A stretch of DNA of 46,973 nt. Origin: a virus (Duplodnaviria > Caudoviricetes). The DNA is taken from positions 1 to 46,973 of the IMG/VR virus record IMGVR_UViG_3300046671_000016. One strand, written 5' to 3'. The notes under the pieces were generated by a model, which made no database searches, had not been told where the DNA came from, and saw nothing but the letters and a program-made list of their open reading frames with translations. This document shows positions 1-8,394 of this stretch, in pieces (the first letter of the stretch is position 1; every line of letters starts with the position of its first letter). The position numbers were made by a program, and so were the translations under genes.

Positions 1-127
1 CAGCGGATCATCGTTCAGGTCGGGACTCTCGGTGGAGCAGCGGCTGGAAGCGTCAATGCCATTAAGGTCACGGTGAACGGCGTTGACTCGAACGCCGACA
101 AGACATTCACCGTGCAGATTGGCGACA
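1..127. repeat. Terminal overlap, copy 1 (identical to 46847-46973)
   Basis: Exact 127-nt match CAGCGGATCATC...ATTGGCGACA at both ends; the reading frame continues across the join. Confidence 0.97.
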
Positions 128-1476
128 CCTACTTTGTCGCCATAACCGGAAGCGACGCGACAGGGACAAAGAACGATATTACGAAGCCCTACCGTTTCGT
201 GCAGCAGGCGAACGGAGCTTCGACCTTCACCGGGATATGGGCGACGATCCAAGCCGGGGACAGCATCGTCATGCGCGGCGGAACATGGTCAGATCAGGTC
301 GGCTTTGATGCCCGTTTCTTGCGCTTTCGCACGCAGAGCGGCAGCGCCCCAACGGGGGTTATCGGACACGGCTACATCCATTGCACCGCCTATCCTGGTC
401 CGATCCTGGGGCATACGATAGAGACTGTGCTGGTTCGCTCCCCAGCGGCTGGACGAGGGTGTTTCCAGGGCTCCGGGACATCGAACTCGCAGGCTGGCGG
501 CGGGCAGTATTTCACGCTGAGCAATCTCTCGATGAGCTGCGTCAGCACGTCCAGCACCACGGATGCCTGCCCGGTGAATCTACAGACCGGGGCGCACTTC
601 TGGCGCGTCGTCGGCTGCGACCTTACATGGCCTTCTACTGACACCGGAGCGGCGCACCAGAAGGCCGGGGGCATCGCTGGCGACGGCACTGGAGCGGTGC
701 TGCTCGGGAACTACGTTCACGACATCTCGGGCGGCGATGCGTCGTCGCTTGAGAACCACGGCATTTACCTCGACGGAAACCTGAACTGCGCGGCGAATTG
801 CGAGATCGCCTATAACTGGGTCAAGAATGTAACGACCGGTTCATCAATCCAGTGCCACAACGGCGTGGCCGCCGACACCTTCACAGGAATCAAGATCCAT
901 CACAATTTCTGCGAAACGAGCGCGAAGTATGGCATCAACCTCGACAGCTTCACGACCATCGATGTCTACAACAACGTGGTTTGCCACACGTTCCGCAACG
1001 GGCTGCGCTTCAACCCGAACACAAGTCAGACCGGGATCGCAGTGAACATCGAGTACAACACCTTCTACGACTGCTACCAAGATACTACGGGCTCCTACAC
1101 CGCAACGATCAGTCAGGAAGCCTCGCCGACCAGCGGCCCTATCAAGATTTCGCACAACGTCGTAGTGCTCTCGGCGACCCGCACCAACACCGCTGCCTTC
1201 ATCAACGACAACGGCAACTACTGCACGCTGGCGCAGAACCTATGGTATGACCTGCAGGGGAACTCATCGGCCCCGTCGCTGGACGCGACTAAAGTGGTGG
1301 CGAATCCGCTCTTCACCTCGGTTGCAAATAACGATTTCACGCTCCTCGCCGGTAGTCCTGCGCTCGATGCCGCGACCGGCACGCAGTTGCTGACCGTAAG
1401 CGACGACTTTCTCGGAACGCCGCGACCGCCTGGGCTTAGTCGAGACATCGGCGCTTTCGAGGGTGTCGGCACATGA
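1..1476 (+). CDS. 3' part of the origin-spanning right-handed beta-helix (pectin-lyase-like) protein; candidate receptor-binding protein or depolymerase
   Basis: Beta-helix rungs (GNYVHD, HGIYLDG, IAYNWV, IHHNF, VYNNV, IEYNTF); C-terminal NPLF...DFTL.AGSPALDA...DDFLGTPRP...DIGAFE motif typical of secreted beta-helix proteins. Confidence 0.8.
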   Translation, partial: QRIIVQVGTLGGAAAGSVNAIKVTVNGVDSNADKTFTVQIGDTYFVAITGSDATGTKNDITKPYRFVQQANGASTFTGIWATIQAGDSIVMRGGTWSDQVGFDARFLRFRTQSGSAPTGVIGHGYIHCTAYPGPILGHTIETVLVRSPAAGRGCFQGSGTSNSQAGGGQYFTLSNLSMSCVSTSSTTDACPVNLQTGAHFWRVVGCDLTWPSTDTGAAHQKAGGIAGDGTGAVLLGNYVHDISGGDASSLENHGIYLDGNLNCAANCEIAYNWVKNVTTGSSIQCHNGVAADTFTGIKIHHNFCETSAKYGINLDSFTTIDVYNNVVCHTFRNGLRFNPNTSQTGIAVNIEYNTFYDCYQDTTGSYTATISQEASPTSGPIKISHNVVVLSATRTNTAAFINDNGNYCTLAQNLWYDLQGNSSAPSLDATKVVANPLFTSVANNDFTLLAGSPALDAATGTQLLTVSDDFLGTPRPPGLSRDIGAFEGVGT

Positions 1477-2756
1477 CCCAGCCAGTCAGAGTCCAGACGA
1501 GCGCGCGGCAGCGATACTCCGCTGCGGGCGGCACGTCGGTATTCAGCGGCAATGTGGTCGCCGGGAACACCTGCATCGTTCTCTGCGGGACGCATGACCG
1601 CGCAAACGCTACTGTCCCAACCGACACACTGAGCACGAGCTATGTGCTGGACAAGGAATTCAAGGAAACGACCTATTCTGGCTGGGCGGTCGCCGTGTAT
1701 CGCGGTGTGTTCGGATCGAGCGGCGCGTGTACCGTCACCGTGCCGCGTTCCTCGGCAGAGGAATTGAGCTTCGTATGCGAGGAACTGAGCGGCCTTGTCA
1801 GCTCTCCATTGGATATCAGCAACACGGGAACCGTCAGCGCGAACTGGGGCACGGGTTCCGATACCGTCACAACGACCGGCACACTGGTTCAGGCCGACGA
1901 GATTATCTACACGCTCGCAATGGGTCGCTGCGACCAGACGGTCCCGGCGGGCTTCTCGACGCTTCCGCCGCCTACAGGATTCACGTCCATCGGCACGGCT
2001 TACTTGGGCGACGGAACGACCACCGGATCACCCTGCCACTTCGCCTACAAGCTGGTGAGCGCGACCACCGCCGTCGCTCCGATATGGTCTGGCACAGAAG
2101 CACAGACCAACCTTCACCCAAATGCCGCCGCGCTTCTCACCGTAACCTACAAGGGCGGAGCGGCTGGGCCGTCAGTAACGGCGGTCAGCAACGCAAGTCC
2201 TGCGAATGGCTCGGCGCTCACCATCACCGGAACCAACTTCGGCGCTTCGCAAGGCGCTGGCGGCGTGACACTTGGCGGCGTCGCGCAAACCGTGACGAGC
2301 TGGGCGGCAACGTCAATCGCCATCACGGTAGCTCGCGGAGTTAACCAGTACGGCGTCGCGCTAAACATCGTTGTATCGGACAACTCAGCTGCTGCGAGCA
2401 ATGCCTTCCCGATCACCGGCATCGTCCCACAATCAGGATGGAGCTATGTCAACCTGACAGCGCAGAACGCTGATTCGACCAAGCGGCTCACCGCCATCGC
2501 AGACCTCGCAAGCGGCGATCAGGTCGCCTACGATAACAAGGCAACGCTCGCCACCGTATTGGCCGACAGCACGTTCTACTGTACCTCGGCTGTCGCGTCG
2601 TTCAACTGCGAGGCGTGGACGAGTGGCGGCTGGGGAACGACCGCGCTGCAGACGATTAACGCTGTTGCTCCACCGCCACCTCCGCCACCACCGCCAGATC
2701 CGATTCCTGTGCCCTTGCCTCCGGTTCCGGCTGGCAGATGGAACAAGGTGCTATGA
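1473..2756 (+). CDS. Putative virion structural/adhesin protein: N-terminal domain paralogous to 30031..30756, IPT/TIG-like domain, poly-Pro tail
   Basis: ATGA overlap; PSVTAVS...GSALTITGTNFGASQG IPT signature; Thr/Ser/Gly-rich. Confidence 0.75.
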   Translation: MTQPVRVQTSARQRYSAAGGTSVFSGNVVAGNTCIVLCGTHDRANATVPTDTLSTSYVLDKEFKETTYSGWAVAVYRGVFGSSGACTVTVPRSSAEELSFVCEELSGLVSSPLDISNTGTVSANWGTGSDTVTTTGTLVQADEIIYTLAMGRCDQTVPAGFSTLPPPTGFTSIGTAYLGDGTTTGSPCHFAYKLVSATTAVAPIWSGTEAQTNLHPNAAALLTVTYKGGAAGPSVTAVSNASPANGSALTITGTNFGASQGAGGVTLGGVAQTVTSWAATSIAITVARGVNQYGVALNIVVSDNSAAASNAFPITGIVPQSGWSYVNLTAQNADSTKRLTAIADLASGDQVAYDNKATLATVLADSTFYCTSAVASFNCEAWTSGGWGTTALQTINAVAPPPPPPPPPDPIPVPLPPVPAGRWNKVL

Positions 2757-2935
2757 GCTGGATCTTCCCGCATTACGAGCTTACGCTCATGCCAGCCGAC
2801 TTCGGCACTACTTGGTATGACCCAGGCTTTGCGGCCACCTGCACGCAGACTGGAATGAGCGCGGTGCCAGACTCAGCGGTTCCCGATTGCGCTGTACCTG
2901 ATTTCCTGAGCGATGGATTCGTCGCTGGAGCATAG
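2753..2935 (+). CDS. Small tail-associated hypothetical protein with (S/C)AVPD x3 repeat
   Basis: ATGA overlap with the previous gene; ends 2 nt before the tailspike start. Confidence 0.6.
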   Translation: MSWIFPHYELTLMPADFGTTWYDPGFAATCTQTGMSAVPDSAVPDCAVPDFLSDGFVAGA

Positions 2936-2937
2936 AT

Positions 2938-4764
2938 ATGGCCGATCAAGTCCCTCCCTTCATCCCCGGCGATCTGAATCTCTCGAATCGCATCAAGTCT
3001 GCGTGGCTGAACGATGTCAATAATCTGCGCTATCAGTCAGGCGACGCCACGCGCGGCGCTGCGCTCCTCACTATGGTTCAGGCAGGCACCGGCGCAGTCG
3101 CGCGGACGGTGCAGGATAAGGAGCGGGATGCGGTTCATATCTTGGACTTCGGCGCAATTGGCGATGATGCGACTGACGATAACACGCATCTGCAGGCGTT
3201 CCTGAATCGCGGCGGTAAGCTCGTTCTCGGCGGAGGCAAAACATACCGCAATCTCGCTGCCAATCTCACCTTCGTCGCTAACACGGAACTCTGGATCGAA
3301 CGCGGAACAACTTTGCACCTTGATACCACGCGCTTGACGGCACTTAATGTCAACGATGTGCAGATTCACAATCACGGCGTTATCAAGAGTACTGGCCTGA
3401 ACACGACGGATGCGCTGCCGACGAACTGGAACGGTCGAGGTATTGTTGAGTTTGGCGGCACGATTGCGAGTCCCGCACTTCGCGTAGGTATTGACGGCCC
3501 TGGCACTGTGTTCGGTGATTTCGTCGGGACTCCGGGTACAGGCCCCGCCTTAGGAGCAACAGACAAGCGGCGCGGCATCCTGTTCAACAATGTTCAATCA
3601 GCATGGGCGAAGTTCAATAATGTCTATGGGATTATTGCCGAAGCTATTTGGCACAACGGAACGGTAGGCGTCGATCAGGATATCGACATCGACTACAACC
3701 GCGTCCATGACTGCAACCACGACGCCATTTCAGCACAGCAGACAGTTACGACCACATTCAGGACTCGCGGAAACACAGGCTGGAACTGTCTGAACGGCAT
3801 TGAGGCGTCAGTTGGCGATCACCAGCACAACATAATGTTCAACATGATAGGAAGTGGCTATTCCTTTGGAGGAAGTTCGCCTGCGGATAACGGTAGTCCG
3901 GTGATCTATGCCAACAATACCGGAATGAATAACGGAAATAGCGGCGCTGGTGCTTCAGACTTCAGTCTGCAGGGTGCTACGACAGCCGGGGGAGTGGCTG
4001 TTATTGAGAACAATACTTCCTACGGGGCAGGAGCTTTTGCGTTCTTTGTGTCTTACGCCAAGACCGCAATAATCATAGGCAACAAGGCGTATGGATGGGG
4101 AGCAACCGCCTCTGGAAGCGGATTGGCAACAGCGAATTGCACCAACGTAATTGTTGATGGAAACGGTCTCGCCAACGAGAACGCCGCGCACAGTAATGGT
4201 GGTTACAACATTTCGGCTACTGGACAGGTTATTTTCGGAAATAGCAATACTGTATTCGGGGTAGTTACACCTTACGTTAACTTTGCATCGTCAGCGCAGG
4301 GACTAAAAGCCTCGCCGATTCCAGTCTATTCTCGCGTCGGGCAAAGTTCGCATACCGGCGATACGAACCCTTTTACCCTCGGGACATACACGATCAAGGC
4401 TCACGCCTGCGGTTTGACTGGCGGTGTCCGTGTTACGGCAGGAGGAACCCTAGCAGGAGTAGCGAACACAAAGACCCTGAATCTTACCTACGGCGGGAAT
4501 GGTTTCGCTCAACTAATCATTCCAGCAGCGGCAACCCGGTGGAGGCTAGAGGCAGAGTTCTACAATACCGGAACGACTGGCAACCAGGCTTATTCGAATA
4601 CCGGACTGAGCGGCACAGCCGTTATCAGCACTGATAGCGGAACTTTTGCGACAGACAGCACGGTAGACAAGGACATTGTACTTAGTGTCACCAACCAAAA
4701 CGCTGGCGATACATTGACGCAAAATATATTCATGATCGAGCCAATTATAGGATTCGTTCAATGA
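2938..4764 (+). CDS. Tailspike / tail fibre with pectate-lyase-like beta-helix
   Basis: N-terminal SAWLNDVN anchor; QAGTGAVARTVQDK..D.V.I.DFGA.GD..TDD motif typical of tailspikes; Asn/Gly-rich helix rungs. Confidence 0.85.
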   Translation: MADQVPPFIPGDLNLSNRIKSAWLNDVNNLRYQSGDATRGAALLTMVQAGTGAVARTVQDKERDAVHILDFGAIGDDATDDNTHLQAFLNRGGKLVLGGGKTYRNLAANLTFVANTELWIERGTTLHLDTTRLTALNVNDVQIHNHGVIKSTGLNTTDALPTNWNGRGIVEFGGTIASPALRVGIDGPGTVFGDFVGTPGTGPALGATDKRRGILFNNVQSAWAKFNNVYGIIAEAIWHNGTVGVDQDIDIDYNRVHDCNHDAISAQQTVTTTFRTRGNTGWNCLNGIEASVGDHQHNIMFNMIGSGYSFGGSSPADNGSPVIYANNTGMNNGNSGAGASDFSLQGATTAGGVAVIENNTSYGAGAFAFFVSYAKTAIIIGNKAYGWGATASGSGLATANCTNVIVDGNGLANENAAHSNGGYNISATGQVIFGNSNTVFGVVTPYVNFASSAQGLKASPIPVYSRVGQSSHTGDTNPFTLGTYTIKAHACGLTGGVRVTAGGTLAGVANTKTLNLTYGGNGFAQLIIPAAATRWRLEAEFYNTGTTGNQAYSNTGLSGTAVISTDSGTFATDSTVDKDIVLSVTNQNAGDTLTQNIFMIEPIIGFVQ

Positions 4765-4820
4765 ACATCTCCGCTGCTGGCATTGCGCTCATCAAGGAGT
4801 CAGATGAATCTCACTCTTAG
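4761..4820 (+). pseudogene. Vestigial N-terminus of a GH24-type phage lysozyme (MNISAAGIALIKES...)
   Basis: 19-codon ORF coupled to the tailspike stop by ATGA; matches the MxISxxGIxLIKxxEG start of phage lysozymes but breaks off before the catalytic EG. Confidence 0.55.
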
Positions 4821-5235
4821 GCGTCAGCCGAGTGGCATTGATTCGACGATAGGTGAGCTTTCTATCGATGGCGCAGTTGAGTGTTTTACCCTTGAGGACG
4901 TTGTACGCGAGGTTCCCGGCAAGCCGGTGTCGGAGTGGAAGGTTCCGAAGGAGACGGCGATCCCTGCTGGAACATACAACGTAATCATCAACGAGTCTGC
5001 GCGTTTCAAGCGCCCGCTGCCGTTGCTCGTAAATGTGCCGGGGTTCTCCGGTGTACGTATCCACCCAGGCAATACGTCTGAGGACACCGAAGGGTGTATC
5101 CTTGTCGGGTCTCAGGTCAATGGGGATGCGATCATAGAGTCGCGCAAGGCATTTGATGCGCTCTTCGAGAAGCTGAAGGACGCATTCGAGTCTTGGCAGA
5201 CCGTGCATATCACCATTGTCAACGGGAGCAATTGA
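4804..5235 (+). CDS. DUF5675-family putative endolysin
   Basis: RBS AAGGAG before ATG 4804; STIGEL...CFTLED...TAIPAGTY...RIHPGNT..DTEGCILVG...SR.AF motifs; position at the head of the lysis module. Confidence 0.8.
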   Translation: MNLTLRRQPSGIDSTIGELSIDGAVECFTLEDVVREVPGKPVSEWKVPKETAIPAGTYNVIINESARFKRPLPLLVNVPGFSGVRIHPGNTSEDTEGCILVGSQVNGDAIIESRKAFDALFEKLKDAFESWQTVHITIVNGSN

Positions 5236-5250
5236 CGGAGGCTTGCATGA

Positions 5251-5628
5251 ATGGAAGAACGACGCAAGGCGGACGATGCGTTCATGGAGAAGTTCTTCAA
5301 GCTCGAATCGGCTGTCCAGCGGCTGACCGAGCATGAGAGGGACGATAGGCCAAAGTATGAGCGGTGGCACAAGGAGACTTTGGATGCGCTCGCTGAAATG
5401 GGCAAAATGCGCCTTGAGCTTTCAAACGGGAGACTGACAGCCCTTGAGACTAGGCCTATCCTTGTTCAGCTTACTGAGAAGGAGATCAAGGCTTTCTTCG
5501 ATGAATGGGGGGAAACTCTTGCCGGGAGGCTTTCGTTCAGATTCATTCTTTCGGTGGCTGGGACACTTGGCGTTGTCCTCACGGCCATCGTTACCGCCGC
5601 AATCATTGCCTACATCAAACTCAAATAA
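5251..5628 (+). CDS. Membrane protein with C-terminal TM helix (holin/antiholin-like)
   Basis: GGAGG RBS; EERRK start, coiled coil, hydrophobic C-terminus. Confidence 0.6.
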   Translation: MEERRKADDAFMEKFFKLESAVQRLTEHERDDRPKYERWHKETLDALAEMGKMRLELSNGRLTALETRPILVQLTEKEIKAFFDEWGETLAGRLSFRFILSVAGTLGVVLTAIVTAAIIAYIKLK

Positions 5629-5637
5629 GGAGCGACC

Positions 5638-5772
5638 ATGACCCAAGACGAACTGCGTAAAATCTACCAGCAACTGGAGCACGCTGCGAAGGCGTTGGAA
5701 GACCTTGCAAAGCTGCTGCGAGAGATCAGCGACAAGCTCGCATCTGGCGGCGGGCCGGGTGAAGGTCACTAA
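5638..5772 (+). CDS. 44-aa amphipathic helical peptide ending SGGGPGEGH (not in the ORF track)
   Basis: Strong RBS TAAGGAG; MTQDELRKIYQQLEHAAKALEDLAKLLREISDKLASGGGPGEGH. Confidence 0.7.
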   Translation: MTQDELRKIYQQLEHAAKALEDLAKLLREISDKLASGGGPGEGH

Positions 5773-5955
5773 GTGAAACCAGAAGAAGAACTCAGCGCGC
5801 ATAAAGCTAAGGCCGCATTCTTCATGGGCGTTGGCCGCGCCAGAGGCTTGCATTGCGGCGACGAATATAGCCTGCCGCTTTTCCCGTTGGTTCTGATTAT
5901 GCAGGCAGAAGGATTGCTGGCACGAGATGCGTCAAGGATACTGGAGCGCGCGTGA
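5773..5955 (+). CDS. Hypothetical protein
   Basis: GTG directly after the previous stop. Confidence 0.45.
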   Translation: MKPEEELSAHKAKAAFFMGVGRARGLHCGDEYSLPLFPLVLIMQAEGLLARDASRILERA

Positions 5956-6051
5956 AATGGATATTTTCTTGAACGGGCTAGTAATTCTTCTAATATTTAC
6001 GCTTCCGATAGCGCCTCTACTCTATCTAGCAATTTTTACGCGATATGACGA

Positions 6052-6570
6052 ATGAAATGGCTAGGGCCGATCCTGCTGGTGGGGGTGTTCGTCAGGCACG
6101 ATACTTCGTCGTGGCTACCAGGATACACCCCAGCGGCATGGTTCTACATTCTTGGTGGCGTATGGGAGATGATATTGTGCACGGTCCTTCTATTGTTCCT
6201 GCGTACACCTTTAGCGGTGGCAGCTCTATGGATTGGAGTCTTGGAAGGCGCGCAAATCTCAGCGTGCCGCCTGCTGACGAAGGACTATAGCGCAGTCCCA
6301 AAATGGCAAAATCTCTGTGACCATCTCACCGGACTTCCCGTCGGCGCAATCATGACTGGCCTCTATCTCTACATCGTCTGCCAAGCTATCGGGAAATCAT
6401 GGCATGGATTCTTCGGGAGCGGTCACGAAGTGGCGTTTGGCATCACACTGACAGCCCTAATGATAATCGCGGGCAACGAGATTGCTCATCTCGTAAGCCC
6501 GTGGGCTGCCCTTTTAGTAATGGCTGCGGCGTGCCTAGCTGGGGTATTCGCCTATGAGCGGGGATCATGA
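6052..6570 (+). CDS. Multi-pass membrane protein
   Basis: Several hydrophobic segments in 172 aa. Confidence 0.65.
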   Translation: MKWLGPILLVGVFVRHDTSSWLPGYTPAAWFYILGGVWEMILCTVLLLFLRTPLAVAALWIGVLEGAQISACRLLTKDYSAVPKWQNLCDHLTGLPVGAIMTGLYLYIVCQAIGKSWHGFFGSGHEVAFGITLTALMIIAGNEIAHLVSPWAALLVMAAACLAGVFAYERGS

Positions 6571-6895
6571 ACTTCCCGAACACTTCGTCCTTAAGTGGAT
6601 GCGCGACTATGAGGACAAGGTCGAAAGACTGGAGGAATTGAATGCGGATGAAGTCGTCGCAGAGAGGAAGCGTAATGCCTCAGTCTTCTCGGATGTTCAG
6701 ACTGAGCGAATCGAGGGTTATATTGCCAAAGCACTCGTGGCCCTTCTCGGAAGCGACGCCTTCTCTCGCGCAGTTGCTAAAGAAGTCACCTTCATCGCCT
6801 CTTCGCAGGCTCTACGTTTATGGGTGTGGGTTGCTGGGAGCTTTACTGCTGGAGCCATCTCGGTCGCGGTCGGATACTGGCTCAAGGCGCACTAA
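6554..6895 (+). CDS. Hypothetical protein with C-terminal TM helix
   Basis: Overlapping start; LWVWVAGSFTAGAISVAVGYWL tail. Confidence 0.6.
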   Translation: MSGDHELPEHFVLKWMRDYEDKVERLEELNADEVVAERKRNASVFSDVQTERIEGYIAKALVALLGSDAFSRAVAKEVTFIASSQALRLWVWVAGSFTAGAISVAVGYWLKAH

Positions 6896-7051
6896 ATGAC
6901 ACTCGGCGCTACCAATAGGGAAATGCGCGACCTGACGCAGCGCGTAGTCGCCCTCGAAGGCAAGGCCAAGTCCGCCTATCGACGCCTGCTCGCGTGGTCG
7001 ATCGCTGCGGCGGTGGTGAGTTCGGCGTCGATCTGGCTGCTCGTGCGGTGA
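6896..7051 (+). CDS. 51-aa peptide with C-terminal TM helix (not in the ORF track)
   Basis: ATG right after the previous TAA; MTLGATNREMRDLTQRVVALEGK...LLAWSIAAAVVSSASIWLLVR. Confidence 0.5.
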   Translation: MTLGATNREMRDLTQRVVALEGKAKSAYRRLLAWSIAAAVVSSASIWLLVR

Positions 7052-7116
7052 TCGAACGCCGCATAGCGCAACGCAGGAAGTGGTGGAGACTTTCAATTCG
7101 AGATAGGAGAGCAGTC

Positions 7117-7368
7117 ATGCGGCTAGTCGAAGATGCTAGAAGTGCTTGGAAGTGGCTCTCGATGTGGGGACTGGCTATAATCGCCACCACACCGCATGCT
7201 TACGAATACGCGCTTGCCGTATCTGGCGCATTGACTGGACAAGGCGTTGCGATACCGCCAGCCCTGAAGTGGACGATCACCGCGCTCGCCGTGGCTACGG
7301 CTATGGGGCGGCTCATCAAGCAGGACGCTCCTGCTCCTGCGCCGGTTGAGGCTCCGAAGGCTCCATGA
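7117..7368 (+). CDS. Putative holin
   Basis: RBS TAGGAG; MRLVEDARSAWKWLSM...RLIKQ pattern typical of small proteobacterial phage holins; two hydrophobic segments. Confidence 0.75.
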   Translation: MRLVEDARSAWKWLSMWGLAIIATTPHAYEYALAVSGALTGQGVAIPPALKWTITALAVATAMGRLIKQDAPAPAPVEAPKAP

Positions 7369-7547
7369 GTTACTTCCTTGGAGCTATTATCTTGATGTGG
7401 ATTACGTGCGGCTTGCTTTATAGATCAACTCTTGAGGGCCCGAGAGATAATTTCGGAGCAGCATTTCCGCTCTTACTTCTTGGCATCGCCATTATATCTA
7501 CGCTCGTCTATGTCTGCATGGCCTTCTGGTTGCACCGCTTCCTATAA
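7365..7547 (+). CDS. Small two-TM membrane protein (AT-rich accessory)
   Basis: ATGA overlap; hydrophobic. Confidence 0.55.
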   Translation: MSYFLGAIILMWITCGLLYRSTLEGPRDNFGAAFPLLLLGIAIISTLVYVCMAFWLHRFL

Positions 7548-7565
7548 TATATAAAATGGAGAAAT

Positions 7566-7853
7566 ATGAAATCGCCAACTATCATAAACGCTTTTCCTGG
7601 AGAGGCCGTAGAGCAAGCTAGACTTTGTGGTGATAATGCATCAGTTCCAACTTTGCTCTGCCCTGCGCATAATAACTGGAATCTGCCTTACAGCATAGCT
7701 TACGCTGATGCTCAAGAGAGATTAAAAACTGGAGAACAGCAGCAGCAATGCAAGAGTTGTGGTAAATGGATATGGCAAAGTGAATTCACTGACACGTCAA
7801 AAATGGGAATGACAGAGCTAGTATTCAAACATCTAATGAAGCAAAAACACTGA
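7566..7853 (+). CDS. Hypothetical protein with CxxH/CxxC (possible Zn binding)
   Basis: GGAG RBS; CPAH and QCKSCGKW. Confidence 0.6.
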   Translation: MKSPTIINAFPGEAVEQARLCGDNASVPTLLCPAHNNWNLPYSIAYADAQERLKTGEQQQQCKSCGKWIWQSEFTDTSKMGMTELVFKHLMKQKH

Positions 7854-7860
7854 CAGTGCG

Positions 7861-8055
7861 ATGTTTGATCTAAAGCATAGATGGCCCTTCAATATTAACG
7901 GGCGCGTCTATCGGTTCATAATGAAGATCGCACACCACTATAACTGGCACTATGCTCCACCGATTTATCCTGAACACGATACGCAGTTATGGTGCAAATG
8001 GTGCGGATTCAGAATGACGCTTCCACGCAAGACTGGCAAAGAAATATCTCCATGA
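7861..8055 (+). CDS. Small hypothetical protein (HxxH...CKWCG)
   Basis: ORF track; stop overlaps the next ATG. Confidence 0.55.
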   Translation: MFDLKHRWPFNINGRVYRFIMKIAHHYNWHYAPPIYPEHDTQLWCKWCGFRMTLPRKTGKEISP

Positions 8056-8285
8056 TCGCCAAGCTGTGGGGCTACCTCCTGACGGTGCTGACCGCAATCG
8101 GAGCCGTCGCCGGATTCTTCTTCTACGCCAAGCGGCAGGGGAAGAAGGACGAGCAGGCCGCCGAAGTGAAGAAGTCTCTGGAACAAGCGAGGCAAGCCAA
8201 TGAAATTGACACTGAAGTGCATAATCTGTCTCAGTCCGATCTTGATGCAAGGATGCGCGCTTCTCGACGCCCTCCGCCCCACTGA
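8052..8285 (+). CDS. Putative i-spanin (Rz-like)
   Basis: N-terminal TM segment followed by a charged helical domain; overlapped by a lipoprotein gene. Confidence 0.7.
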   Translation: MIAKLWGYLLTVLTAIGAVAGFFFYAKRQGKKDEQAAEVKKSLEQARQANEIDTEVHNLSQSDLDARMRASRRPPPH

Positions 8286-8394
8286 ATGTTCCTGGTCGAA
8301 AGCGATATCAACGTCGGTTGACGACAAGTTCACGCGCATCACCGAGGAAGAGATCGAAGCGCATAACGAGAAGGTAAGGAAATTCTGCCCGTGA
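8200..8394 (+). CDS. Putative o-spanin lipoprotein (Rz1-like)
   Basis: Signal peptide with lipobox-like LMQGC; C.W...I..S.DD..T..T...I.AHN....C pattern; +1-frame overlap with the Rz-like gene. Confidence 0.7.
   Translation: MKLTLKCIICLSPILMQGCALLDALRPTECSWSKAISTSVDDKFTRITEEEIEAHNEKVRKFCP

Noticed and set aside
2670-2696. CCA/CCG tandem repeat
   Set aside because: Encodes an ordinary poly-proline linker
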